Notes under the pieces: generated by a model
Databases searched by the model: none
What the model was told of the DNA's origin: nothing
What the model saw: only the letters and a program-made list of their open reading frames with translations
Made by a program: the position numbers and the translations under genes
Shown: in pieces, positions 50,203 through 58,955 of the stretch
Layout of the letters: each line of letters begins with the position of its first letter
How positions within the stretch are numbered: position 1 is the first letter of the stretch
Assembly: GCA_963836075.1 (NCBI GenBank)
Contig: CAWIIB010000009.1
Coordinates: forward strand, 2,336,001 to 2,400,000
Source of the DNA: an uncultured Acidobacteriota bacterium
Lineage (GTDB): Bacteria > Acidobacteriota > JAQAZP01
Direction: 5' to 3'
Length of the DNA stretch: 64,000 bases

Positions 50203-53200
50203 TCACCTCCAATCGCCGGCGGCAACAAAGGCCGCCCAGTGAAACGGGTGGTCGCTGAGGCCCTTTTCCCGCCGGTTTTCCAGCAGGCTGAGACTCGCCT
50301 CACGGACCGCCTGTGCCATGTCCCTGTTCCCGTAGAGCCTCGATCTGTAAAAGGCCTCCATCCAGAATCGTGTGGCCTCGTCGTCCACCGGCCAGAGGCT
50401 CATCACCACCGTGTTCACCCCGGCCAGACGAAAGGCGCGCCGCAGCCCGAACACGCCTTCCCCGGCCTGGACCGTGCCCAGGCCGGTGCCGCAGGCGGAG
50501 AGCACGGCCAGCTGCACCCCGGTGAGATCCAGTGCGGCGATTTCTTCAGCCGTGAGGATGCCGTCCTCGTCACCGGTGGCTGACGCTCCCCGGGTGTTGG
50601 CGTTGGCCAGCGCCAGGCCCGCGCGAAGCAGCGGGTTCGCGCCAGGTGAACTCACCGACACCCTGGTCTCCGGCAGCCCGGTTACCGCCCGGGTTCCCTC
50701 ACCCTTTCCGCCGCCTGCGGCGAACGGGCGCGGATCGAAAAAGTATCCGTGGGTGGCCAGGTGGATCATCCGGCACCCCGGCGCCTGTGTTTTGAATGCC
50801 GCCTCGGTGGCCAATGCCCCGGTGAGACAGGCCACCGCTTCACTACCTCGATCCGGCCACAGCGACGCCACTTCCTCCGCCTCCTGCACCGACTGGGGAA
50901 GTGGGCTGAAACCAAGCGAAGCGTAGCGCACGTCGAGGAAACCTGAGTCTGCCGGAGAGTCGCTGCCGTTGTCCGGGACAGCGGTGTCGGGCGGTGCGTC
51001 CCCGAAATCCGGGGCGCCGAATACCAGTATTCCGCTGCCCTCCCGAGAATCATGGCGTGACGGGCAAAGATCCCTCTCTGCCGTAAGGTAATGAATCGGG
51101 GGGCCCTGCTCCAGGAGGTAGCCTCCATCGTCATCGGGCAGGGCGGCGAAGCTCACCAGGTGCAGGGAGGCGTCGGGAACGATGAAAATCCGTTTCGCTT
51201 TGGCCAGGTGTGCTGTCAGCGGATCCCAGATCTTCTGTCGAAGCGCCAGGCCCGCCGTCCGGTGATCACCCTCGTTCGGTTGACCCGGCAGCCGGATCGG
51301 CAAGATCCCGCGCAGCGCATTGCGCCAGCGGTCCACCAGGCCGTCGATCTCCTCGTTCGTGCCCAGGGGGACCGCATGCACGTCGTCCGAGTCGCTGGAG
51401 ATGACAAAGGCGAGATACGAAGGCAGGGGTGCCTCGCCGGGATCGACGCAGATGGAGTCCTCGTAACGAAAGTAGGCTACCAGGGCGCTGTCCTCCGGCA
51501 GAGCCTCCCTCACCTCGACCAGGCCCAGTTTCAGGCTCTCCTGCTCCTTGCGGAACGCCGCGCTCGCCTCGGCCAGCTTACGCTCGGCCGACGCCTTCCT
51601 CTCCCTGGCCTGCCGGAGGTCATTGGATGTGGGCTCTCCCGCCGAGTCCTGCCCCCCGCACACGGTCAGCCCGGACAACTCCTCACAGGCCAGGCGCAGT
51701 TCGGTGAGCAACGCCTCCATCTCGGGGTCCGCGGAATCCCGGGCCGCGCGGTTGCGGGCCACCAGTTCGTCGAGCACCAGGGCGCGCCAGTGGATCACCG
51801 CATCAAAGGCCCGCTCCAGGCCGGGCAGCCGCTGGCGGGCGCACCTGGCGGCGATGGCCGTTGCCAGGTGGAGCCCGTCTGTTCCTGACGCCGCATAGCG
51901 GAGGGCCAGCTGGGCTTCCAGCGTGCGGGAGGTGAGGAGCAGGTGCTCTCGCGAAAACTGCTCAGCTTGCAACGCGGTTTCCAGGGCACGGTCATTCTCA
52001 CCGAGGGCCGCCTGGGCGCGGCCGAGATCGTTCAGAGTCTCGAGCATCAGGACGTGGTCGTGATCCTCTGCCTGCTGGTGGAGATCGCTTATCCGGTTCA
52101 GCAGATCCCGTGCCTCAGCGTAGTTGCCGGTGGAGCAGTGCAGCCGGGCCATAATGTGCAGTGGAAAGAGTGTCTGCAGATGGTCTTCGCCGTAATTGGC
52201 CCGGGCGATTTCGGTGGCTCGCCCGATGACGGCCGCAGCTTCCTCGAACCGGCCGGTCTTCCGCAGAAAGTCTCCGTAACAGCAGAGAAAGTAGCAGAGG
52301 TCCGTTTTCGGTTGATAGCTTTCCTGCTCAGCCACGGCCAGCGCGTGCTCGAAGTGTAGCCGGGCTTCGTCGTGCTTGCCCAGATCGTAAAGGACGTTGG
52401 CCAGCATGATCTGGGTATGGAGTGTGCTCCTGTGTTCTCGGTCCTGGCTCGCTTGCTGGATTTCCAAAGCGCTTTCATATAAGCGGCGCGACTCCTCGAG
52501 ATCTCCGATCCGGCTGAAATAACCAGCCAGGCTCATGAGGCTTGAGGCCACCATGAGGTGGTCGGGCCCCAGGTTCTCCACGAAAATGGCCAGGCTTCGC
52601 TCCAGGTGCTGACGCGCGCCGCTGTAGTCCCCGATGATTTCCAGAAGGATTCCCAGGCTGCGGTGACTGTTGGCGATCAGGGGATGTCCGGGCCGCAGGA
52701 CTCTTTGCCTCATCGCCAGGGCGCGCGCGCAGAGCCGCTGGGCCTTGGTGAAGTTTCTCCGTTGTTGGACGGCGCCTTCCATATTCAGGCGCTCGGCCAC
52801 GTCGGGATGGTCGGCCGGGAGTGTGGAGTCCTGGATTCGGGCGGCCCGTGCCAGGTATTCCAGCGCCTCAGTGATCCCGCCGTCCTGGTCGTCGCGAACA
52901 CCGCCGAGCATGATCAGGGTCATGGCCGTGTCCGGGTGCAGGGGATCCAGCGTGCACTCCTGGATACCGAGGGCATGTTCAAAGGCCGTACAGGCTTCAT
53001 CAATCTCATTGCGGAAAAAGTGGAGGCGGCCCAGCTCGAAGTACCCGGACGCCACGACGGGATGCTCGGCGCCGAGCAGTTCGATCTTCCGCTCGAGAGA
53101 GCGGCGCGCCAGGTCCAGGGTTTCCGGATCATCATGCCGGTTGATCCGGCGCAGGGCTCCGGAGAGGAGCGACATCATCTCGGCCCGGGCCAGGGCATGA

Positions 53201-53508
53201 CGTTTTGCGTTTTCAGTGGCTGCGTTGTCGGTGTCTCCACTGTCCTTGTCCGGCGGCAGCCAGTCCTCGTCATCTCCGGATGCCTCCAGCAGCTCGCGCG
53301 CCCGGGCCTCGGCCTTGATGTAATACCCGTCCGCGATTAAATTCCGGACTTCCTCGACGTGGCTTTCCTCCACCGGAACGGGCTTTGTGCAGGAGAGAGG
53401 TGCCAGCAAGGCAAGCAGGAATAGCACAAACACGGCAAACGAATGTTGGCCCAGGCGGCCGGGGCCGTCCAGATGAGAGAGCAATGGCGATTTCAGGGGC
53501 ACGGGCAC
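50203..53508 (-). CDS. TPR + CHAT (caspase-like) domain lipoprotein
   Basis: Lipobox-like LAPLSC, kinesin-light-chain-type TPRs (LGAEHPVVA, LGPDHLMVA), intact CHAT dyad HLATHG / VLSACGTG, SLWPVDD, HPFHWAAF. Confidence 0.92.
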   Translation of the reverse strand: MPVPLKSPLLSHLDGPGRLGQHSFAVFVLFLLALLAPLSCTKPVPVEESHVEEVRNLIADGYYIKAEARARELLEASGDDEDWLPPDKDSGDTDNAATENAKRHALARAEMMSLLSGALRRINRHDDPETLDLARRSLERKIELLGAEHPVVASGYFELGRLHFFRNEIDEACTAFEHALGIQECTLDPLHPDTAMTLIMLGGVRDDQDGGITEALEYLARAARIQDSTLPADHPDVAERLNMEGAVQQRRNFTKAQRLCARALAMRQRVLRPGHPLIANSHRSLGILLEIIGDYSGARQHLERSLAIFVENLGPDHLMVASSLMSLAGYFSRIGDLEESRRLYESALEIQQASQDREHRSTLHTQIMLANVLYDLGKHDEARLHFEHALAVAEQESYQPKTDLCYFLCCYGDFLRKTGRFEEAAAVIGRATEIARANYGEDHLQTLFPLHIMARLHCSTGNYAEARDLLNRISDLHQQAEDHDHVLMLETLNDLGRAQAALGENDRALETALQAEQFSREHLLLTSRTLEAQLALRYAASGTDGLHLATAIAARCARQRLPGLERAFDAVIHWRALVLDELVARNRAARDSADPEMEALLTELRLACEELSGLTVCGGQDSAGEPTSNDLRQARERKASAERKLAEASAAFRKEQESLKLGLVEVREALPEDSALVAYFRYEDSICVDPGEAPLPSYLAFVISSDSDDVHAVPLGTNEEIDGLVDRWRNALRGILPIRLPGQPNEGDHRTAGLALRQKIWDPLTAHLAKAKRIFIVPDASLHLVSFAALPDDDGGYLLEQGPPIHYLTAERDLCPSRHDSREGSGILVFGAPDFGDAPPDTAVPDNGSDSPADSGFLDVRYASLGFSPLPQSVQEAEEVASLWPDRGSEAVACLTGALATEAAFKTQAPGCRMIHLATHGYFFDPRPFAAGGGKGEGTRAVTGLPETRVSVSSPGANPLLRAGLALANANTRGASATGDEDGILTAEEIAALDLTGVQLAVLSACGTGLGTVQAGEGVFGLRRAFRLAGVNTVVMSLWPVDDEATRFWMEAFYRSRLYGNRDMAQAVREASLSLLENRREKGLSDHPFHWAAFVAAGDWR

Positions 53509-53659
53509 CTCGTCTCAGAAAGCATCTATTGTTTTTACGATAAAGATTTAATTACGTTTTGATAAATATGTGGAGAAAGGGGGAAAAAGTCAAGGGGAAG
53601 GGCTGCTCCCTTTGTTTCCAGTAATATCCGTATACAACAGGTGACTTCAGATCAATGCT

Positions 53660-53788
53660 TCAGACCTTGCCCTCGTTGACCAGCCGGGCGAAGTGGCTGA
53701 ACGAGCGGTCCCATGAGGCTTCGGCATCATCGGGAACGACGCAGGCCGGCCTGGTGAAGGCGTCGATCTGGAACATCTTCAGCTTCAC
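53660..53788 (-). pseudogene. Chimeric remnant: PhzF-like N-terminus fused to a dienelactone-hydrolase-like C-terminus
   Basis: MKLKMFQIDAFT + ...VPDDAEASWDRSFSHFARLV; good RBS and coupled start, but only 42 aa. Confidence 0.45.
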
Positions 53789-54306
53789 GGTTTCTTTCCT
53801 CCCGTGGCCACGGCCACTCCGGACAGGCGGGTCCAGGTCCAGCCGCGCGATTCGGTCTTGCCGTTCACAGCACCTGAAATGGTGACGGTGAGCGTGTCTG
53901 ATGCAGTCAGCTGGTAGGTGATCCGCTGGGGGAAGTCGTGGGCCTTGTTTTCGAACACCGCCCTGCTCCCCGAGCACTCCACCAGCTTGAAAGAGGTGGC
54001 ATCCCCGCCCCTGGGAGAGGCGCGGTAGAACACGCCCTCGGCGGTCTGCTCCAGGCGCAGGTATTCGAAAAAGGCTTTGCCGGATTCGCTCATATCCCGA
54101 TTCAGTCCCAGCATCAGGCCCCCGGCCGGGGGCAGCCATAATTCTTCGGTGACCCGGCCTTCGGATCCGCCATGCCAGTGGCCGGCCAGCCAGACCAACT
54201 GGTCCAGAGTCGGTGTTTCGATGATCGGGGGCGTTGTATCCGCGTGGACCGGTGATGAAAGGAGCAGCAATATGGCGGTGACGAAAAGCAGAGTCAGATT
54301 TCTCAT
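53785..54306 (-). CDS. Secreted DUF6265-like protein
   Basis: LVWLAGHW, EELW, FFEYLRL, FENKAHDFPQRITY. Confidence 0.8.
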   Translation of the reverse strand: MRNLTLLFVTAILLLLSSPVHADTTPPIIETPTLDQLVWLAGHWHGGSEGRVTEELWLPPAGGLMLGLNRDMSESGKAFFEYLRLEQTAEGVFYRASPRGGDATSFKLVECSGSRAVFENKAHDFPQRITYQLTASDTLTVTISGAVNGKTESRGWTWTRLSGVAVATGGKKP

Positions 54307-54399
54307 GTCCACCTCGGGCGCGATTCTGATGTCCGGCTCAGTGCTTAGAACAGTATACACGCGTCAGCGGGGTGGACGGGGCCGCAGGCGGTGGGGGGA

Positions 54400-54432
54400 A
54401 GAAGAAAACGGGGGCCGCCGGGCGGCCCCCGT
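54400..54432 (-). terminator. Intrinsic terminator for the secreted-protein genes
   Basis: ACGGGGGCCGCC / GGCGGCCCCCGT stem followed by TTTTCTTCTT on the minus strand; second hairpin at 54447-54471. Confidence 0.75.
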
Positions 54433-54484
54433 CAAAGTTATCGAATGTCAGCACCCTGGCAGGGTGCTGACGGAAAGCGATCGC

Positions 54485-56107
54485 TTAGGGGCAGATCGTG
54501 GTGACACCGCAGGTGGCGGTCTCGATCCAGCCGGCCGCGTCAAGTCCTGCATCTTCGCAATAGGTGCAGTCGGTGGCTTCGACGTCGAAGACCAGGGTGC
54601 AGTTACAGGTCGGCGGCAATGCCGGGATGTACTGGCCCCAGCCGATGAACGTGGTCTCACCGGCCATGAGCACCATGTTGCCCGCACGGAGGTTGGAGAT
54701 GTGCGCACCACTGCAGGTGGTCACACCGACATTACCGCAGATCTGACGGGCGGAGTCGAAGGTGCTGGTGACGTAGACGCGGAGCTGGGTCTGCGCGGGC
54801 ACGATAAACGGCTCCGTGTCGCAGGTCATGCTCACGTCGAAGGTGTCCACCGGGGTGGCCGGGGTGACCACCACGTCGAGGTCGAAATCACCCTCGGAAA
54901 GGGCACCGCTCGAATAGTAGGAGTCGGCCATGATGTAGTAGTAGCCGGCACAGTTGAAGGTCAGCGTCGCGGTTTCCGGGTCACCGGTGAGGCCGGCGTC
55001 GGCACCGCCGACACAACTGCCCACCGGGTCATAGCAGTCGCTGATGACGTAGAGGGCCGGATCCCAGTCGGTGGTCGGCGTCAGGGTCAGGTCGAGGGTG
55101 TCGCCATCGTTGGCATAGAACGAGTAGACGGCTTCCGGGCCGCTGGTGGCGTAATCGATGCAGTCCGCGGTGACGTCGACGAAGTTCCTCGCGCAGACGG
55201 TGGTGCCGCTGAAGGTGCCGCCGGTCCCCACGTTGATCGCCTGCCAGCACTCGTCGTTGGGCACCAGGCCGTTGAGGTAGACGTTGAGGTTGTAGCCGCC
55301 CCCGCCGCCTTCACCGTGGAAGTCGACGTAGATATACATCGTGGTGGCATCGCCGGCGGTGGTGGTGTAGCAGAAATACTCACTGCTCCACGTGCCCCAG
55401 TCGTCGGCGCCGGCAACGGCGGTCACCGGCCCGTCGGTGCACTCGTTGCTCAGGGCGATGGTGATGTCCTGCTCGGTCCACGGATAGGCATTGACGCAGA
55501 CCTCGTAGCCCGGGCACGGGATCTCGAGGGCATAGACGTGGTCGTTGCCCTCCAGCGGATAGGCCCAGAGGTTGTAGCTGGGGAAGGTGTTGCTGCAGTT
55601 GGTGGTGTCACCGGAGTTGTAGCTGTCGGTGAGCAGCTGGGCGCTGGCGCAGTCATCGGGGCCGACGCAGACAGGCAGATCCGAGAAGTCGAAGTCGATG
55701 GTGTCCCAGGTGGCGTCGGGCAGGCCGTCGGCACCGTCATCGTAGGATTCGTAGAAGTCGAAGGTCCAGACACCGGCCGGGTCGCCGCCGGCCAGGGTGG
55801 AGTCGGTCCCGGTAAAGGCTGCGCCGGGAGCATAGGTGGTGCCGCTGCCCAGGGTCAGGAAGGCCGTACCCAGGGGGCCGGAGATGTCGCACCGCAGCTC
55901 GGAGCCGTAGGTGCCGCTGTTGATCGTGGAGGCGAAACCGTCCCAGTCAAGGGAGGACATGGTGAAACCACCGGTGACGGTGGCGGTATAACTGACAAGG
56001 CCGGAGGTGGCCTGGCTGTCAACAGCGGTGAAGGATACCACTTCAGCGCCGGCGCCGACGGATACCGTCAGCATGATCGCGCAAAGACAAGCAAGTAACT
56101 TACTCAT
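54485..56107 (-). CDS. Secreted acidic protein with PPC-like domains and a Cys-rich C-terminal domain
   Basis: Signal peptide; two PxDxCxxA...GxT...VY repeats; C-terminal domain shared with the neighbour. Confidence 0.8.
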   Translation of the reverse strand: MSKLLACLCAIMLTVSVGAGAEVVSFTAVDSQATSGLVSYTATVTGGFTMSSLDWDGFASTINSGTYGSELRCDISGPLGTAFLTLGSGTTYAPGAAFTGTDSTLAGGDPAGVWTFDFYESYDDGADGLPDATWDTIDFDFSDLPVCVGPDDCASAQLLTDSYNSGDTTNCSNTFPSYNLWAYPLEGNDHVYALEIPCPGYEVCVNAYPWTEQDITIALSNECTDGPVTAVAGADDWGTWSSEYFCYTTTAGDATTMYIYVDFHGEGGGGGYNLNVYLNGLVPNDECWQAINVGTGGTFSGTTVCARNFVDVTADCIDYATSGPEAVYSFYANDGDTLDLTLTPTTDWDPALYVISDCYDPVGSCVGGADAGLTGDPETATLTFNCAGYYYIMADSYYSSGALSEGDFDLDVVVTPATPVDTFDVSMTCDTEPFIVPAQTQLRVYVTSTFDSARQICGNVGVTTCSGAHISNLRAGNMVLMAGETTFIGWGQYIPALPPTCNCTLVFDVEATDCTYCEDAGLDAAGWIETATCGVTTICP

Positions 56108-56202
56108 TGCTTTCTCCATTCGAAAAGTGAAACAGAACGTTACAGAAACAACTCGAAAGTCCCTCTCTCATCGGCCTCGTCAGAGGCCGAAACGACGAGC
56201 GG

Positions 56203-58173
56203 TTAAAAGTCGCAGCTGGTGGTGATGATACAGCTGTCCTCCATCTCACTCTCGGTGGCCAGGTCGGTGCCCACGAGGGTCCAGACCAGGTCGCAGTTAC
56301 AGGTGGAGTTGTAGCGGGGGATGTTCATCATCCAGGACTGGGTGAATGTCTCACCGCCCTGGAGATTCGTGGTGCCCCGGCGAATGTTGTTGATGGTGTT
56401 GCCGTAGCAGAGCGTCACGTTCAGCGCACCCTGGACCTGCATCAGGTCGTTGGTGTTGTTCACCGCGGAAACGTCGAAACCACCCATGTCGGGCAGGGTC
56501 AGGGTCGGCGTTGTGCAGTCGATGTTCACCTCGAAGGGGAAGAACTGGCTGATCTCCATCTCGGTGAAGATCAGACCCATGGCATCCATTCCGCCGTCGT
56601 CCAGCGTCATGTAGAAGCTCGTCAGGCCGGTGTAGTCATAGATCCCCACCGCGTCCATGATGTCGAGCGATTCCAGGGTTTCACCCTCATACCCCACTTC
56701 GAAATGGGTCCCGAACGGTCCGAAGATCCCGGGCTCGTCCAGGGGCAGGGCGGGCCAGGGCCAGTCCACGTTGTTGTCGGCGACAAAGAAGCCGTCGGAG
56801 ACCGGGTCGTTGTTGCGCAGCACGAAGTAAGGGGTATTCCCTGCGGGATAGGGATCCAGCAGGCCGACAGAGGCCGATCCGATGGTCATCGAGTACGACG
56901 CCAGGTCGATCCAGTAGCCGCGCGTGTTATAGGTTGTGCTGTCCGTGAACTGGTCCGAGATGACCTGGAACTTGATGGTCACAGGGTCGCCGGCGGTGAC
57001 GTCGGCGAACAGGCCGTCGTTCACCTGGTTGTACTCCACTTCACCGGTGACCACCACGTCGAAGGTGTAGACCGGGGGCACGATCTTGACCAGCCAGCCC
57101 ACGTACTCATAGGTGTCCGTGGTGTAGCCCTGGCCGCCGATGGCGTAGCCGTCGGCGGAAATGGTCAGACAGGAAGTCAACACGATGTTGTCCGGGATCT
57201 CAACTTCCTGTTCGGCGAGGTAATCAGTGATACGCACCATGCCGCCAGCCTCGGTCCAGACGATCGGCTCCTGGATACCCCACGGTCCGGTGGCGCCGCT
57301 CCAGCCGACCACGATGCCGGTATCGGACACGGCCATGCCCATGCTGCGGTCGTTCCAGGGGTCCGAGCCGGGCAGGATGCCCATGTCGACATAACCCCCA
57401 TCGTCGGAATAGAGGAAGCCGATGGACCAGCCATACCCGGGATCGTCATTGAAGCCCACGGCGCCGGTGATCAGCGAACCGTCGGAGGAGGCGCCGTTGG
57501 CCTCGCCCCAGGTGTCGGCGCCGAGGAACAGGTCGAAAGCGCCGCCGTCCACCCAGCGAACCGGGCGGCGGTTGCCAAAGTTCTCATCCTCCCAGAAGCC
57601 CACCACGGTGGAACCGTCGGCCGAGACGGCCGAGGCGCGGGAGGAACCGAAATCCGGACTCGGACGGCCCAGGTCGACGATGCCGCCGGCCTCGGTCCAG
57701 GTGAAGCCGGAGGCCTTGTAGCCGGGGTGCCAGGCCAGGCCGACCACCATGGAGCCGTCGCCGGAGATGTCGTAGCCGGAACCGAAGGTCCAGTCAGTGC
57801 CGTCGGTGTACGGGGGATCCACGTAGAGGGTGTCGAGTTCTTCCCAGCCCATGCCCTCAGTCCAGCGGGCCGGACCGAAAACGCGGGGGTCCGTGTCGCC
57901 GTATTGGACGGAGGAAGCGATCTGGGTGCCGTCGTCGGAGATCCCGATGGTGTGCGTCCACTGCCACTCGGAGGGCGACAGCAACTCGATACCGGTGGCC
58001 TCACTCCAGCGGAAGGCCTGGCCGTTATCGGTGCCCGCGGCCCAGGTGCCGTCAGGCGTCACGTCAAAGACAGCGGTGCTGGAGCCTTGGCTCACCACGT
58101 GGAATGATCCGCCGGCCATGGCCATGCCGGCAGACAGGAACAGAGTGAGAAGACAAGTTACGAAAATACGCAT
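56203..58173 (-). CDS. Secreted HAF-repeat beta-propeller protein with a Cys-rich C-terminal domain
   Basis: Signal peptide; repeats of ISxDGSxVVG...AFRW/FTWT; C-terminal domain shared with the neighbour. Confidence 0.85.
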   Translation of the reverse strand: MRIFVTCLLTLFLSAGMAMAGGSFHVVSQGSSTAVFDVTPDGTWAAGTDNGQAFRWSEATGIELLSPSEWQWTHTIGISDDGTQIASSVQYGDTDPRVFGPARWTEGMGWEELDTLYVDPPYTDGTDWTFGSGYDISGDGSMVVGLAWHPGYKASGFTWTEAGGIVDLGRPSPDFGSSRASAVSADGSTVVGFWEDENFGNRRPVRWVDGGAFDLFLGADTWGEANGASSDGSLITGAVGFNDDPGYGWSIGFLYSDDGGYVDMGILPGSDPWNDRSMGMAVSDTGIVVGWSGATGPWGIQEPIVWTEAGGMVRITDYLAEQEVEIPDNIVLTSCLTISADGYAIGGQGYTTDTYEYVGWLVKIVPPVYTFDVVVTGEVEYNQVNDGLFADVTAGDPVTIKFQVISDQFTDSTTYNTRGYWIDLASYSMTIGSASVGLLDPYPAGNTPYFVLRNNDPVSDGFFVADNNVDWPWPALPLDEPGIFGPFGTHFEVGYEGETLESLDIMDAVGIYDYTGLTSFYMTLDDGGMDAMGLIFTEMEISQFFPFEVNIDCTTPTLTLPDMGGFDVSAVNNTNDLMQVQGALNVTLCYGNTINNIRRGTTNLQGGETFTQSWMMNIPRYNSTCNCDLVWTLVGTDLATESEMEDSCIITTSCDF

Positions 58174-58276
58174 TTCAATACTCCTTTTTGCAATGCGCGG
58201 GAAACCGCCCATCGGCCTCCCTGATTCACCTACACAACCGGCGGGTGGACAGCGGAATTGCAGCCACCCGCCCCCG

Positions 58277-58660
58277 CTACGGATTCCGGGGCGTCGGGGC
58301 GCCCCCTTCCAGACTTTTCTTCGAGCCCGTGGAGCGTCCCGTCCCCCGGATCCGCTCCAGCGATTCCAGGCCGTCGGTGCGGCTCACCGTGTGGAACCGG
58401 ATCTCCGGCTTCCGGCTGGAGATCTCCATCAGGGCCAGAACTTTCCAGAACAGCTCGGAACGGATGTGACGCTCGAGGTCTTCCTCCGTCCCCCAGGCCA
58501 CCATCAGCGAGAGCAGCCCCTCGGACCTGACATCCGCGAGGATGCGGCAGGTCTGACAGCCGGGCTGCGCCTCCAGCGGTCCGGCCACCTGGCGCATGGC
58601 GCCGAGAGCCTTGACCCACTGGCTGGCGGTGACATCGATGTCGAGCATCATGAGAACCAT
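58277..58660 (-). CDS. ABM/quinol monooxygenase-like small protein
   Basis: EAQPGC, WGTEEDLERHIRSE, PEIRFHTV, GLE. Confidence 0.7.
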   Translation of the reverse strand: MVLMMLDIDVTASQWVKALGAMRQVAGPLEAQPGCQTCRILADVRSEGLLSLMVAWGTEEDLERHIRSELFWKVLALMEISSRKPEIRFHTVSRTDGLESLERIRGTGRSTGSKKSLEGGAPTPRNP

Positions 58661-58955
58661 CTGTTCTGAAGCTCCCACTTGTCATTCGTGTTGAAATGTA
58701 AAATATCGGCTGAGGTACCATCCTGACGTTCACCAGGTTCCAGCGGATCACCGCTGATCCCGGTGTCAGAATTTATCGTGGAGTAGAGTCTACTGATTCC
58801 CGGGGCCTGTCCGCTCACCTGCAGGTCGCAATTGTTGACCTCCATGTCGCAATTTGACTTTTTTCAAATATTTAGGCCGTCAAGAAGGCACCGTTCCGTG
58901 TTTGGGGACGAAATTCGACTTGGATGGCGGACAATCCGGCGGGGGGGGGGAAGTC

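Noticed and set aside
54077-58107. 673-aa and 467-aa plus-strand ORFs
   Set aside because: Antisense shadows of the secreted-protein genes, which have RBSs and signal peptides
58938-58950. G-rich run (G10) as a phase-variation tract
   Set aside because: Lies just after the sensor kinase stop in non-coding DNA, with no evident promoter role; its length is unreliable in this assembly
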